Below, piece by piece: positions 40,057-49,506 of a stretch of DNA of 64,000 nucleotides. The position numbers and the translations under genes were made by a program. The stretch is from Minisyncoccota bacterium. GTDB taxonomy: Bacteria; Patescibacteriota; Minisyncoccia; Phycocordibacterales; UBA1006. The stretch lies in NCBI GenBank assembly GCA_021209525.1, contig JAJOIF010000004.1, positions 35,730 to 99,729 of the forward strand. The letters run 5' to 3'. Position 1 is the first letter of the stretch. Each line of letters begins with the position of its first letter. Below the pieces are notes generated by a model, which saw nothing but the letters and a program-made list of their open reading frames with translations, was not told the origin of the DNA and made no database searches.

Positions 40057-41754
40057 TTATCGTGGGAAATTTCCGCCTCCACCACCGAATCCACCCGAAG
40101 GTCGACCGCCTCCTGTGCTTCCGCCAAATAAACTAGGTGCTGCACTCTGAGTTGACTGAGTAGCTGTTGAATTAGTGGTTACAGTTCTCGATACATACTG
40201 TTGGCCTTCCTCAAGTCCACTTACAATCTCGATCGTTTCATCATTTGAAAGTCCTGTAACCACTTCTACCTGACTTGGCGGGTTAGGTAGTAATACACCA
40301 GTTCCACCTTGTGATCCTTGTGGAATCTCCTGATTAACCACTTCAACATAACTAATATTTCCTTGTGTTTTAACTGCGCTCACTGGAATTGCAAGAACAT
40401 CTTGTTTCATCTCAGTAATAATGTTTGCAGTTACCGTCATCCCTGGTTTAACCTTGTCGTCGTCTGTATCAAATCCAATTTTTACAGTGTAATTCACCAC
40501 ACCGGAGCTAACCGTACCAACCATATCAACCTCAACGACTTGCCCTGAGATAGTCAGTTCCTCAAGAGCGTCGAATGTAAGCGTTGCCTTTTGTCCAACT
40601 TCAACTTTTGCAACATCAATCTCATTAAGAGAGATCTCGGCAACTTTCTGTTTTGTAATAAGCGTTGCAATTGTTGCACCGCTGTTCATACTGTCACCTT
40701 TGTGAGCATCGACTGAGGCAATCACTCCGTCGAACGGAGCGCGAACGTAATAATCAGCGAGAGCTTCTCGCTTTTGTCGAAGTGATAATTCCTCTGAGCG
40801 GAGATCGAGTGTATCAGGACCTGCTTTTAGATCTTCAAGATCACGTTCAGCATCTTCCAATGCTCTCTTACTTGTAGACAAAGAGCTTTTTGCAGATGAC
40901 AAACTTGAAACAACAGCATTTGCATCTGCTACTAAACCAGTAACTGTGGAGTATGCTTCATCAGCTTCAGTTTGATTATTATCTTCTCTATCTCGAAGAT
41001 ATACGACCGCATCTTGTGCGTATTTTGTAGCTTGAGCAACAGAAACAGATATTTGATACGACTCACTAATCATCTTCTCAATATCTTCTCGTGGAGTTGA
41101 AGCAGAGATGATTCTGTATTGTTTAATAAATTCTTTCTGAAGTTTGTTGGCTGCGTAATAACTTTCCTCAGCACGATCAATATAATCTTTTGAGGTTTTA
41201 CTTAGACTAAAATTATTTGTAGTACTTAAGTATCCACTAAATAATTCATCGACACTAGCAAGCACATCAGCCATGTCAGTCGAAGCACTTGTGAGCGATG
41301 CTCGTGCATCAGTATATGCATCGTTTAAGTCTTCAGTTGCATCAGTAACAGCTCTTTCAGCATCACGAAGATCATCGGCATCAACATTGACTAGTTCTGC
41401 ATAAGAAATCTCAGCAGTCTCAAGCTCATATGCCGCGTCTCCTGCATCAAGTTGTGCAATGAGAGTTCCTGCCTTTACCTCTTGTCCTGCTTTTGCGTTG
41501 AGATATATAAGATCCCCGGATGCTTTTGCAGAAACATCTACTTGGTTTGAAGCAGATACTTGTCCTGTTCCACTGATGGAAGAAATAATTGACCCGCGTT
41601 CTACGGTCGCAAGAACGTATCTGGTTTCTTCATCGCCTTTACTGAACATTTGAAATGCTCCATATATCAGGACAACTAGAACAAGTGCTAAAACAGCAGA
41701 AGTCTTTTTGTGAGTAAGAACCCATGTTTTTGATTTTAAAATAAATGGTTTCAT
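40057..41754 (-). CDS. MacA-like periplasmic adaptor (membrane fusion protein)
   Basis: TM anchor, lipoyl halves (V.AG..IA; APFDGVI), long coiled coil, PGMT. Confidence 0.9.
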   Translation of the reverse strand: MKPFILKSKTWVLTHKKTSAVLALVLVVLIYGAFQMFSKGDEETRYVLATVERGSIISSISGTGQVSASNQVDVSAKASGDLIYLNAKAGQEVKAGTLIAQLDAGDAAYELETAEISYAELVNVDADDLRDAERAVTDATEDLNDAYTDARASLTSASTDMADVLASVDELFSGYLSTTNNFSLSKTSKDYIDRAEESYYAANKLQKEFIKQYRIISASTPREDIEKMISESYQISVSVAQATKYAQDAVVYLRDREDNNQTEADEAYSTVTGLVADANAVVSSLSSAKSSLSTSKRALEDAERDLEDLKAGPDTLDLRSEELSLRQKREALADYYVRAPFDGVIASVDAHKGDSMNSGATIATLITKQKVAEISLNEIDVAKVEVGQKATLTFDALEELTISGQVVEVDMVGTVSSGVVNYTVKIGFDTDDDKVKPGMTVTANIITEMKQDVLAIPVSAVKTQGNISYVEVVNQEIPQGSQGGTGVLLPNPPSQVEVVTGLSNDETIEIVSGLEEGQQYVSRTVTTNSTATQSTQSAAPSLFGGSTGGGRPSGGFGGGGGNFPR

Positions 41755-41756
41755 AA

Positions 41757-42248
41757 TTATTGAGCAGGTTCGTTATTAGAGCGCATATCTGGTGGAGGCG
41801 GTGCCAAACGGATAAGCTTTGCATCGACCTGACCCTGATCATTTGGAGTTCCAAGAACAATAATGAAATCTCCAATAGAAAGCTGATCCGATTTTAGTGT
41901 GTCTCGGAACTCTCGAATCTCAGTGGTATCAGTAACAACCACTGTTTTTTCCAAATTATCTGGACCGGCAACGACAACTAATGGGAGGTTAATGCTTATA
42001 ATTTCTCCGACCGCTCCATGTCCACTGGGCATGTTCGCGCCTCCTGGGAGACCTCTCTGCATAAAGACTCCACCACGAGGATCTCTAAAATTTCTTTCAA
42101 AATTATCACCGAATCTATGCGCGAATGATGCCTTACGTTCTCCGACCGCTACACCAGATTGAAAGATGATGAGAGCGATGATTGCAATAAAAATTCCAAT
42201 AAGGATACCTTTGAACGACTGTGATTGTATGTATTCTTTTATGTTCAT
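41757..42248 (-). CDS. Membrane-anchored DUF5666-like protein
   Basis: TM followed by G.I.SI...L.IGD.I.V.G......AKLIR. Confidence 0.7.
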   Translation of the reverse strand: MNIKEYIQSQSFKGILIGIFIAIIALIIFQSGVAVGERKASFAHRFGDNFERNFRDPRGGVFMQRGLPGGANMPSGHGAVGEIISINLPLVVVAGPDNLEKTVVVTDTTEIREFRDTLKSDQLSIGDFIIVLGTPNDQGQVDAKLIRLAPPPPDMRSNNEPAQ

Positions 42249-42259
42249 ATTTTTAAAAG

Positions 42260-42637
42260 TTAATTGTTAAATGAGGGCATTAAATGTGGTTTCGCATTAT
42301 TTACTAATACACGCATTGAAGTGAGAAGTGTCGCAAGAGCAATGAGTGCAAGTGTTATCCCAACAAACGGTACTGTTTCAATGAGTGGCAGTGACAATTC
42401 TTTCCAATAAGAAACTGCGATATCAGGATCAGAGAAAATGAGTGAGAAGTAGCTATAAAAACTGGACTGATAAAACCCTTGGAGCATGTACTTAAACGCA
42501 AAAACCGCACCGAGAGATGAGGTTGCAATTGTGGCAAGTGCTACAAATACATACATTCGAGCACGACGAATTTCTTCACTTTTTATAGAAGCGATAATTT
42601 TTCCACGAAGTCCTTTAGGTAATTCTAATCTGTCCAT
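42260..42637 (-). CDS. Membrane protein, putative anti-sigma factor
   Basis: Two TM segments; directly downstream of the ECF sigma gene. Confidence 0.6.
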   Translation of the reverse strand: MDRLELPKGLRGKIIASIKSEEIRRARMYVFVALATIATSSLGAVFAFKYMLQGFYQSSFYSYFSLIFSDPDIAVSYWKELSLPLIETVPFVGITLALIALATLLTSMRVLVNNAKPHLMPSFNN

Positions 42638-42643
42638 AACATA

Positions 42644-42680
42644 TATACGAAAACAGGATGCATTTTGGTGCATCCTGTTT
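42644..42680 (-). promoter_or_regulatory. ECF-type promoter overlapping an inverted repeat
   Basis: TGCACC-17-CGTATA, 6 nt before ATG; AAACAGGATGCA/TGCATCCTGTTT inverted repeat. Confidence 0.55.
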
Positions 42681-42688
42681 CTTTGAGA

Positions 42689-43258
42689 TTAAGCGGTCTG
42701 GGTTTCAAGTAATCGCCGTAGTGCGACTAAACCTCTTCGATGTTGGCTTTTGACGGTATGGAGAGGTCGCTTGAGTACTTTGCCTATTTCATCAAATGTC
42801 ATATTGCTTGTGTGGCGAAGCGTGAGAACTTCCCGATACTCGGGGTTGATCTGTCCAAGTAGTATTCCGAGGAATCTCGCATCTTCTGCTCTGGCAAGTA
42901 ATTCATCAGGCAAAGGTCCTGTATCAGCAAGGGTTGCAACAAGCACATTCTCACCATCGGTATTTGTCTCAAAGGCAGAAAATGGTACTGCCTTTTTCTT
43001 TCTAAGAAAATCAATTGCTGTGTTGCGAATGATACTAAAAAGCCAACCTCGGAAACTATTTCCTGGCACAAATTTTCGCATATTCTTCCATGCTTTAGTA
43101 AAAGATTCTTGGGTGATATCTTCTGCAACTTGAGTATCGCCAGTTAGTTTAACTGCGAACGTATAAGCATCGCTAAGATAACGATCAACAAGAACCGTAA
43201 GGGCTTTTTCATTTCCCTCAAGATAATCAGAAATTAGTTGTTCGTCTGATTTATTCAT
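42689..43258 (-). CDS. ECF RNA polymerase sigma factor
   Basis: AEDITQESF.KAW, F.GWL..I.RN..ID..RK, region 4 EIG..L..P..TVKS. Confidence 0.93.
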   Translation of the reverse strand: MNKSDEQLISDYLEGNEKALTVLVDRYLSDAYTFAVKLTGDTQVAEDITQESFTKAWKNMRKFVPGNSFRGWLFSIIRNTAIDFLRKKKAVPFSAFETNTDGENVLVATLADTGPLPDELLARAEDARFLGILLGQINPEYREVLTLRHTSNMTFDEIGKVLKRPLHTVKSQHRRGLVALRRLLETQTA

Positions 43259-43388
43259 CTTTTACATTATAGCAAAAAATCACCGCTTTGTTGACGGTGA
43301 TTTTTTGCTCTGGTTACTGCTCTCAGCAGATATGCAATTACTGTATAGATTTCCTGATTAGCTCTATCTTTGAGCTAGCTCAAGTTTG

Positions 43389-43459
43389 CTGCCGGGCTAG
43401 GACTCGAACCTAGATACCCAGGACCAAAACCTGGTGTCCTACCATTAGACGACCCGGCA
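43389..43459 (-). tRNA. tRNA-Gln(TTG)
   Basis: Minus strand TGCCGGG...ccagg-tt-TTG-gt-cctgg...GGTTCGAGTCC...CCCGGCA. Confidence 0.97.
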
Positions 43460-43477
43460 CTACTGTGCATACCAGCG

Positions 43478-44515
43478 CTACATATCTTGCCCTAAAATAC
43501 GCATAAATGCAAGCTCAAGAGCAAGGACAGGAATCGCTGCGTGTCGCATATGTGCATGCGCTTCGAGCAAGTGCGCGATAGCTTGTGCATTAATATGCTT
43601 GCCCTCTATAGTACTCATTTTTTTCAAAAATGCAAAGTCTGTATCTGTGTATTCTTGAGCAAGATATGCTGATGCTTGGGGTGCAAAACGAATGAGGAGT
43701 ATTGCGCGTAATTGTTGCAATAAAAATAGTACTGATAATGAAATATCTGCATGATCAGCAGTGAGTTGTTGCAGTGCGCGCGTAATAGATTCAAAATCAT
43801 GATGCGCAATACCCGTAATGAGTTCGTGAATAATTTCTTGGGATGGAATACCGGTCACGAGACGGAGCGCATCATACGTAATTTCCGTACCCGGTGTTGC
43901 AGCAATGATCTTTTGGAGCATCCCTTGCGTGTCACGAAATGAACCATCACCCAAGAGCGCAATAGCTTCAGGTACACCTACGCCCAGTGTATATCCTTCG
44001 CGCGTAGCAATATCGCGCACGACATCCTGAAGGAGCGCATGCGTTGGTTTGTGAAAATGGAGTACCTGACAACGAGAAACAATGGTCGGCAAAATTTTGT
44101 CGAGTTCAGTCGTTGCTAAAATAAAAATAACATGAGCAGGTGGTTCTTCGAGGGTTTTCAAGAGTGCATTAAATGCATCCTTGGTGAGCATATGCACCTC
44201 GTCAATAATGTACACTTTGTATGGTGATGAAAATGGAAGTGTCCCTACTCCACTACGGAGTTCGCGAATATCATCAATACCTCGATGTGAAGCCGCGTCA
44301 ATTTCATAGAGATCATGATCGTGCGTACCAAGTGCTTTTGCAAAAATGCGCGCAAGAGTAGTCTTGCCGGTACCACGAGACCCCGCAAAGAGATAGGCGT
44401 GCGCAATAGATTGCTGAGCAAGAGCGCCTTCAAGGACAGAGACAATGTGATCTTGACCACGGACATCGGCAAATGTTTGTGGGCGATATTTACGATAGAG
44501 TGCTTGAAATGACAT
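43478..44515 (-). CDS. dnaX: DNA polymerase III subunit gamma/tau
   Basis: ALYRKYRPQTF, GSRGTGKTT, DEVHML, NALLKTLEEPP, SRC. Confidence 0.97.
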   Translation of the reverse strand: MSFQALYRKYRPQTFADVRGQDHIVSVLEGALAQQSIAHAYLFAGSRGTGKTTLARIFAKALGTHDHDLYEIDAASHRGIDDIRELRSGVGTLPFSSPYKVYIIDEVHMLTKDAFNALLKTLEEPPAHVIFILATTELDKILPTIVSRCQVLHFHKPTHALLQDVVRDIATREGYTLGVGVPEAIALLGDGSFRDTQGMLQKIIAATPGTEITYDALRLVTGIPSQEIIHELITGIAHHDFESITRALQQLTADHADISLSVLFLLQQLRAILLIRFAPQASAYLAQEYTDTDFAFLKKMSTIEGKHINAQAIAHLLEAHAHMRHAAIPVLALELAFMRILGQDM

Positions 44516-44535
44516 GCAGAGAGTATACCATATTT

Positions 44536-45546
44536 TTATAAAATAATAATATCATCCGCATGCGGACTTTCCTCAAGGAATTGTTGGACACGCGCTTGAA
44601 TAGTTGCATAATCTGGCGCATCCATAAGCTCAATACGTAATTCTTTTGCAGAAGGAAATCCGTGCACATATGCTTTGTAGTGCTTTTTCATTACAGAGAA
44701 TTTCTTGATGTCGCCAATGAGCTCTAAAAAGAGTTCAGTGTGCTCGAGCATCACCATGAGGCGTTCACGCACCGTCACTGTTTTCTTGGATTCATCAAAG
44801 AGCCATGGATTACCAAAAACAGCCTTACCCATCATCACCCCGTCACATCCCGTAAGCGCTACAACATGACGCGAATCATCATGATTCATGATGCCACCAT
44901 TGGCGATAATGCGTGTCTCCTTGCCAGAAGCATTGCGAATTTCTACAGCGCGCGCTACCGCATCCCAATGTGGAGGCACTTTGGAAAGCTCTTGGCGTGT
45001 ACGCGCATGAATGGTAATGACTGCAGGATCAGCTTCGAGCAGCGCCGGAAGCCATGTTTCAATTTCATTACGCGTCCATCCGATACGAATTTTTACACTA
45101 ATGGGTAAGTGCGGTGCACCTGCTTGTGTTGCACGAATAATTTCTTGGGCAAGGGGTGGGTTTTTGCAGAGTGCTGCACCAGCACCTTGTTTATTAACGG
45201 TACGATCTGGGCATCCCATATTAATATCAATGCCATCATATCCAAGATCAGCAACCATCCGCGCGACGAGGGTAAAATTTTCAGGACGTGCCCCAAAGAG
45301 TTGCGCAACAATAGGACGCTCCCCTTCTGAATACGCAAGATCACGCATGAGGCGATCGCGGCCACCCTCTGAAGCGAGTCCGTCAACAGATACGAATTCA
45401 TTCCATATCACCGAAGGACCACCACCTGGTGCTCCCATGCGAGAATATTTTGCAATGATGCGACGAAAAGCGCTGTCAGTGACATCAGCCATAGGGGCAA
45501 GTACGATGTACGGTTTTTCTAAATCTTTCCAAAATCCTAATTCCAT
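44536..45546 (-). CDS. dusB: tRNA-dihydrouridine synthase
   Basis: LAPMA..TD, DINMGCP, HARTR, ANGG, GNPW. Confidence 0.9.
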   Translation of the reverse strand: MELGFWKDLEKPYIVLAPMADVTDSAFRRIIAKYSRMGAPGGGPSVIWNEFVSVDGLASEGGRDRLMRDLAYSEGERPIVAQLFGARPENFTLVARMVADLGYDGIDINMGCPDRTVNKQGAGAALCKNPPLAQEIIRATQAGAPHLPISVKIRIGWTRNEIETWLPALLEADPAVITIHARTRQELSKVPPHWDAVARAVEIRNASGKETRIIANGGIMNHDDSRHVVALTGCDGVMMGKAVFGNPWLFDESKKTVTVRERLMVMLEHTELFLELIGDIKKFSVMKKHYKAYVHGFPSAKELRIELMDAPDYATIQARVQQFLEESPHADDIIIL

Positions 45547-45670
45547 ATAGCGCTTATACTACAGGTCAGCGCGCTAACAATCAAGTCCCTTTCTTTTTAT
45601 GCGCACCAAAAAAAACAACGAGATACTCATTGCTTTACTGACATATCTTGAGCAAAGAACAGAAATATTC

Positions 45671-46540
45671 TTAATAAAATTTAAAGAGTGCGCGTCCTTC
45701 AAAGCGTACATCAATATAGTGCAGGTCTTCGCCTTGTTGCAAGCGCTCACGAAAACGAGATTGCTCACGCACAGCAGTAATAGCAGCGAGAATGACGTCT
45801 GGATCTTGGGTAAGAGCAATACGTATATGACTCTCATGAGGCATACTGCGTCCGTCCAAGGTGTCAATATATAATTCAATATCACGATGCTCGCCTTGAG
45901 ATATTTTATACACAAAGACACCGCGTGATTCTAATTCTTGACGTAGGGCAAGGAGCATCTCAAAGTCGCCTTCATTAAAAACATACCTACCGAGCGGTTC
46001 TCCGTACTCAGCTTCGCGCGTATGAAATTTCATATACACATAATCAGAAAAAAGCGGCGCACGCGCAAAGACATATCCATCACGCGCCACATACCAACAT
46101 ATTTCAGATGTGCGCATTGTTGTAGATTCAGTTTCTGTATAGGTACACCATAAATACGCAGGCGCATATTCACGAAGCGAAATGACTATGTGACGCAATC
46201 CATTGCGCTCAATACGTATTTCTTCAATACGTGAAATACGATCAGGCAAGAGTGTACGCATGCGACGCTTGGGTACAAACAAGAGCGATGTGCGCGGTAC
46301 GAGCCCGAGCCATTTTTCTTCAAGGAGCGGATCCGTCACACGACGTAATTCATATTCAGCAATCATCGTATTGCCGATAAAAGTGACTGACTCAATCTGC
46401 AAAAAAGGACGCCGCAGCACCATCACGAGCAAGATACCCACCACAATGAGCGCACATAGATTGAGTACGCCAAAGACGATATTGGTACGAAGCGAGGCTT
46501 CTTGTTTTTCTTGCATGCGCACGCGACCTTTAGTAGACAT
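45671..46540 (-). CDS. FtsQ/DivIB-like (POTRA) cell-division protein
   Basis: TM, I..V...GN, C-terminal YIDVRF. Confidence 0.7.
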   Translation of the reverse strand: MSTKGRVRMQEKQEASLRTNIVFGVLNLCALIVVGILLVMVLRRPFLQIESVTFIGNTMIAEYELRRVTDPLLEEKWLGLVPRTSLLFVPKRRMRTLLPDRISRIEEIRIERNGLRHIVISLREYAPAYLWCTYTETESTTMRTSEICWYVARDGYVFARAPLFSDYVYMKFHTREAEYGEPLGRYVFNEGDFEMLLALRQELESRGVFVYKISQGEHRDIELYIDTLDGRSMPHESHIRIALTQDPDVILAAITAVREQSRFRERLQQGEDLHYIDVRFEGRALFKFY

Positions 46541-46549
46541 AGAGGAATG

Positions 46550-47821
46550 TTAGAGCGAATGACTTAAGATGTCTTTTTTCATATACGGACGAAGGACTTC
46601 GGGAATGACAACAGTTCCGTCAGCTTGTTGGAAATTTTCAACGAGTGCCACCAAGAGGCGCGGTGTTGCAGCAGCGGTATTGTTCAAGGAATGTGCAAAA
46701 CGCATATTACCTTCGGCGTCTTTGTAGCGCACATTAAAACGACGTGTTTGAAAATCATGAAAATATGATGCACTCGCTAATTCACGATATTGATTTTGTG
46801 ACGGGAACCACGCCTCAATGTCGTATTGTTTGACTTTGCTCGCAGAAAGATCACCTGTACAAATAAGGAGGCGACGGTATGGAATACCGAGCGATTCTAG
46901 AAACATTTCAAAATTGCGTGTAATTTCTTCGTGGAGTTCATGTGACACTTGATGATCCGCAGGGCACAACACAACTTGCTCTAATTTATAAAATTCATGT
47001 ACACGAATGAGCCCTTTGGTGTCCTTGCTATGACTCCCGGCTTCGCGGCGATAACATGGAGAGAAAGCGAGGAATCGTTTTGGAAAATCTGATGCCGCGA
47101 GCACTTCATCAGCATAATATCCCATCATAGAAACTTCTGATGTTCCGGTTAAGTAATCTTCGTCCTGAGTAACAAAAAGGTCTTCGGCATCATTGGGCAA
47201 GTGCCCTGTCGCATAAAAATATGGCTTGCGTACAACAGCTGGTGCAATGAATGATTCGAAATTACGCGCACCAAAAAAATCACGTGCATAATTCCAAATT
47301 GCCCATGACAATTCTGCGCCATCCTTTTTCAAGAAATACCCACGAAAACCGTGTACTTTGGTACCGCGCTCAAAATCAACCATATCCAAGTCTTTCATAA
47401 TATCAACATGGTCGCGCACCGGAAAATCAAATTGCGGTAGCGTACCCCATGTCGCCACTTCGACATTATCTTCTTCGCCCCGACCTTCGGGTACAGAAAT
47501 ATGAGGAATATTAGGCACAGCAAGCATGAGCATACGCCATTCTTCCATGATTGTTTTGAGGCGTTCTTCGTATTCTTGAAGATCCGCCTTGAGCGCACGC
47601 ATTTCAGTCAAGAGTTGCTCCTTGATATCTGGCGTTGCTGCAGTAGCAATGTTTTTGCTCACCATATTTTGTTCTGCGCGAAAATGTTCAACGCGCTGAA
47701 GTACTGCCCGGCGATCTTCGTCAACAGCCAATAGACGATCAATGTCTACAGTGATATTTTTCTTGCGCGCCGCTTCTTTGATAATGTCGGTGTGATTACG
47801 TATAAAATGGATATCTAACAT
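46550..47821 (-). CDS. serS: Serine--tRNA ligase
   Basis: MLDI.FIR, TSE, YRREAG, GLIRVHEF, HSLN.T, PEVLRPYM. Confidence 0.98.
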   Translation of the reverse strand: MLDIHFIRNHTDIIKEAARKKNITVDIDRLLAVDEDRRAVLQRVEHFRAEQNMVSKNIATAATPDIKEQLLTEMRALKADLQEYEERLKTIMEEWRMLMLAVPNIPHISVPEGRGEEDNVEVATWGTLPQFDFPVRDHVDIMKDLDMVDFERGTKVHGFRGYFLKKDGAELSWAIWNYARDFFGARNFESFIAPAVVRKPYFYATGHLPNDAEDLFVTQDEDYLTGTSEVSMMGYYADEVLAASDFPKRFLAFSPCYRREAGSHSKDTKGLIRVHEFYKLEQVVLCPADHQVSHELHEEITRNFEMFLESLGIPYRRLLICTGDLSASKVKQYDIEAWFPSQNQYRELASASYFHDFQTRRFNVRYKDAEGNMRFAHSLNNTAAATPRLLVALVENFQQADGTVVIPEVLRPYMKKDILSHSL

Positions 47822-47909
47822 ATACATATAGTATACATAATTTTATGATTTTAAGAAAATAAAAACCCCTCACCATTGTAGGCGGGGGTTTTGGTTAAGA
47901 AAATACTTA

Positions 47910-48458
47910 TTACACATTCATGAGCGCATAAGCATAATCTCTCTTTTTAAAAGAGAGTAGTTCGCACGCTCTCTTAAATGCCAGTTTATGTCCAGGGAAA
48001 ATCACCTTGGACAAATTTTGAGCGCTCATCCAAAAAGGAGGTGATACTTCTCCTGCATCAGCGCTTGATACGGTCTTTAATATACCGCCAGCTTTTCCAA
48101 TTAAAAAAAATACCTTGTGATGCACATTATATGCACCACTATTTTTCTTAGGTGGAAAAATTTGATGCTGAATGATCTCAGCTTCATTTTGAGCAGGAAA
48201 CAATCCTGTTTCGGTCTTCATTTCTCTTACAAGGTTTTCAAAAGGAGACTCTCCTTCTTTTGAGCACCCTCCAGGAAATTTGATCTGAAGTGGACCTATT
48301 CCATCTCTGCGATAATTCACTACTAAAAATTTTATTTCTCTTGAATCTGTATCAAAAGTATAAAAAATTCCCGCAGCAAAAAAATCATTTTCAGAATTAT
48401 GGATCATTTCAAGAATTTCTTGATTTTCCATTTCTTTAATTATTTGCTCTTTTTCCAT
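47910..48458 (-). CDS. NUDIX hydrolase
   Basis: Nudix box FPGG..KEGES....LVREMKTETG. Confidence 0.85.
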   Translation of the reverse strand: MEKEQIIKEMENQEILEMIHNSENDFFAAGIFYTFDTDSREIKFLVVNYRRDGIGPLQIKFPGGCSKEGESPFENLVREMKTETGLFPAQNEAEIIQHQIFPPKKNSGAYNVHHKVFFLIGKAGGILKTVSSADAGEVSPPFWMSAQNLSKVIFPGHKLAFKRACELLSFKKRDYAYALMNV

Positions 48459-48573
48459 TTTTTAAGTTTTAAAAGTTTTTGCCAATATTAGCCTAATAAA
48501 TATATTAGCATAGTTATCTATATATGTCAAATAATTTATCATAATTTGAAGAGATTCATGTTATATACATTCT

Positions 48574-49434
48574 ATGGAATATATACCTGCAGATGACCCG
48601 CGCTTTCCCCCGCTCTTGCGTCACATACAAAAACCACCCAAAGGTATCTATGTACGCGGAACATTACCAGCCCGCAATGACATTAAATATCTCTGTATTA
48701 TTGGATCAAGGAAATACACCTCTTATGGCAAAGCAGTGTGCGAATACCTTATCAAGGGACTCGCAGGATACCCTATTGTTATTGTATCTGGTTTAGCGAG
48801 CGGTATTGATGCATGCGCACATAGACAGGCTCTTGCTTGTAATATTCCTACTATTGCATTTCCAGGATCTGGTATTGATGATACGGTCATCTATCCCCGA
48901 AATAATCTGGCTCTTGCTCAGGATATTCTCAGATCAGGCGGTGCACTCATTTCAGAATTAGAACCACATACACCTTCATCGCACTGGGCTTTCCCGATGA
49001 GAAATAGGCTCATGGCAGGTATTAGTCATGCCGTACTCATTATTGAAGCAGAAGAAAAATCAGGAACACAAATTACAGCGACCTATGCGGCGACCTATGG
49101 TCGCGATGTGCTCGTGGTACCAGGAAATATTTTTTCACCCCAATCAAAAGGAGTGCATCAACTCCTTGCCCAAGGCGCTCTACCCATCACAGCGCCCCGA
49201 GATATTCTCGAGCATTTTCATTTTCACATACACCCAACAACGCCATCTCTCCTTGAAAAACATCATGATGAACTCGCTCAAAAAATCCTTGACCACCTCG
49301 TGCAACCGGCGGCGCGTAATGAACTCTTGCGCTTGCCGCATAGTACTGCGGTCGAGATACTGCACAAGCTCTCGGAACTAGAACTTGATGGCTATATCAA
49401 AGAAGAATACGGCACCTACATACGCATCCGCTGA
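48574..49434 (+). CDS. dprA: DNA-processing protein DprA
   Basis: IGSR, VSGLASGID..AH, FPMRNRLMAG, EA..KSG. Confidence 0.96.
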   Translation: MEYIPADDPRFPPLLRHIQKPPKGIYVRGTLPARNDIKYLCIIGSRKYTSYGKAVCEYLIKGLAGYPIVIVSGLASGIDACAHRQALACNIPTIAFPGSGIDDTVIYPRNNLALAQDILRSGGALISELEPHTPSSHWAFPMRNRLMAGISHAVLIIEAEEKSGTQITATYAATYGRDVLVVPGNIFSPQSKGVHQLLAQGALPITAPRDILEHFHFHIHPTTPSLLEKHHDELAQKILDHLVQPAARNELLRLPHSTAVEILHKLSELELDGYIKEEYGTYIRIR

Positions 49435-49506
49435 CAACCTTATGCACATGGGTATCTGTGCTCTATTTGCAAAAAAAATGTATGCGTGCTACTAATATGT
49501 GCATAT

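Larger units (their letters stand above)
28886..43388. mobile_element. Putative integrative element adjacent to the tRNA-Gln 3' end (boundaries approximate)
   Basis: Large serine recombinase, terminase genes, repressor, CBASS and cargo between a tRNA remnant and tRNA-Gln; no exact att repeat seen. Confidence 0.65.

Noticed and set aside
28860-43410. Exact attL/attR duplication of the tRNA-Gln 3' end
   Set aside because: No copy of TGCCGGGCTAGGACTCGAACC was found by eye. The left remnant resembles a different tRNA end, so the boundaries stay approximate.
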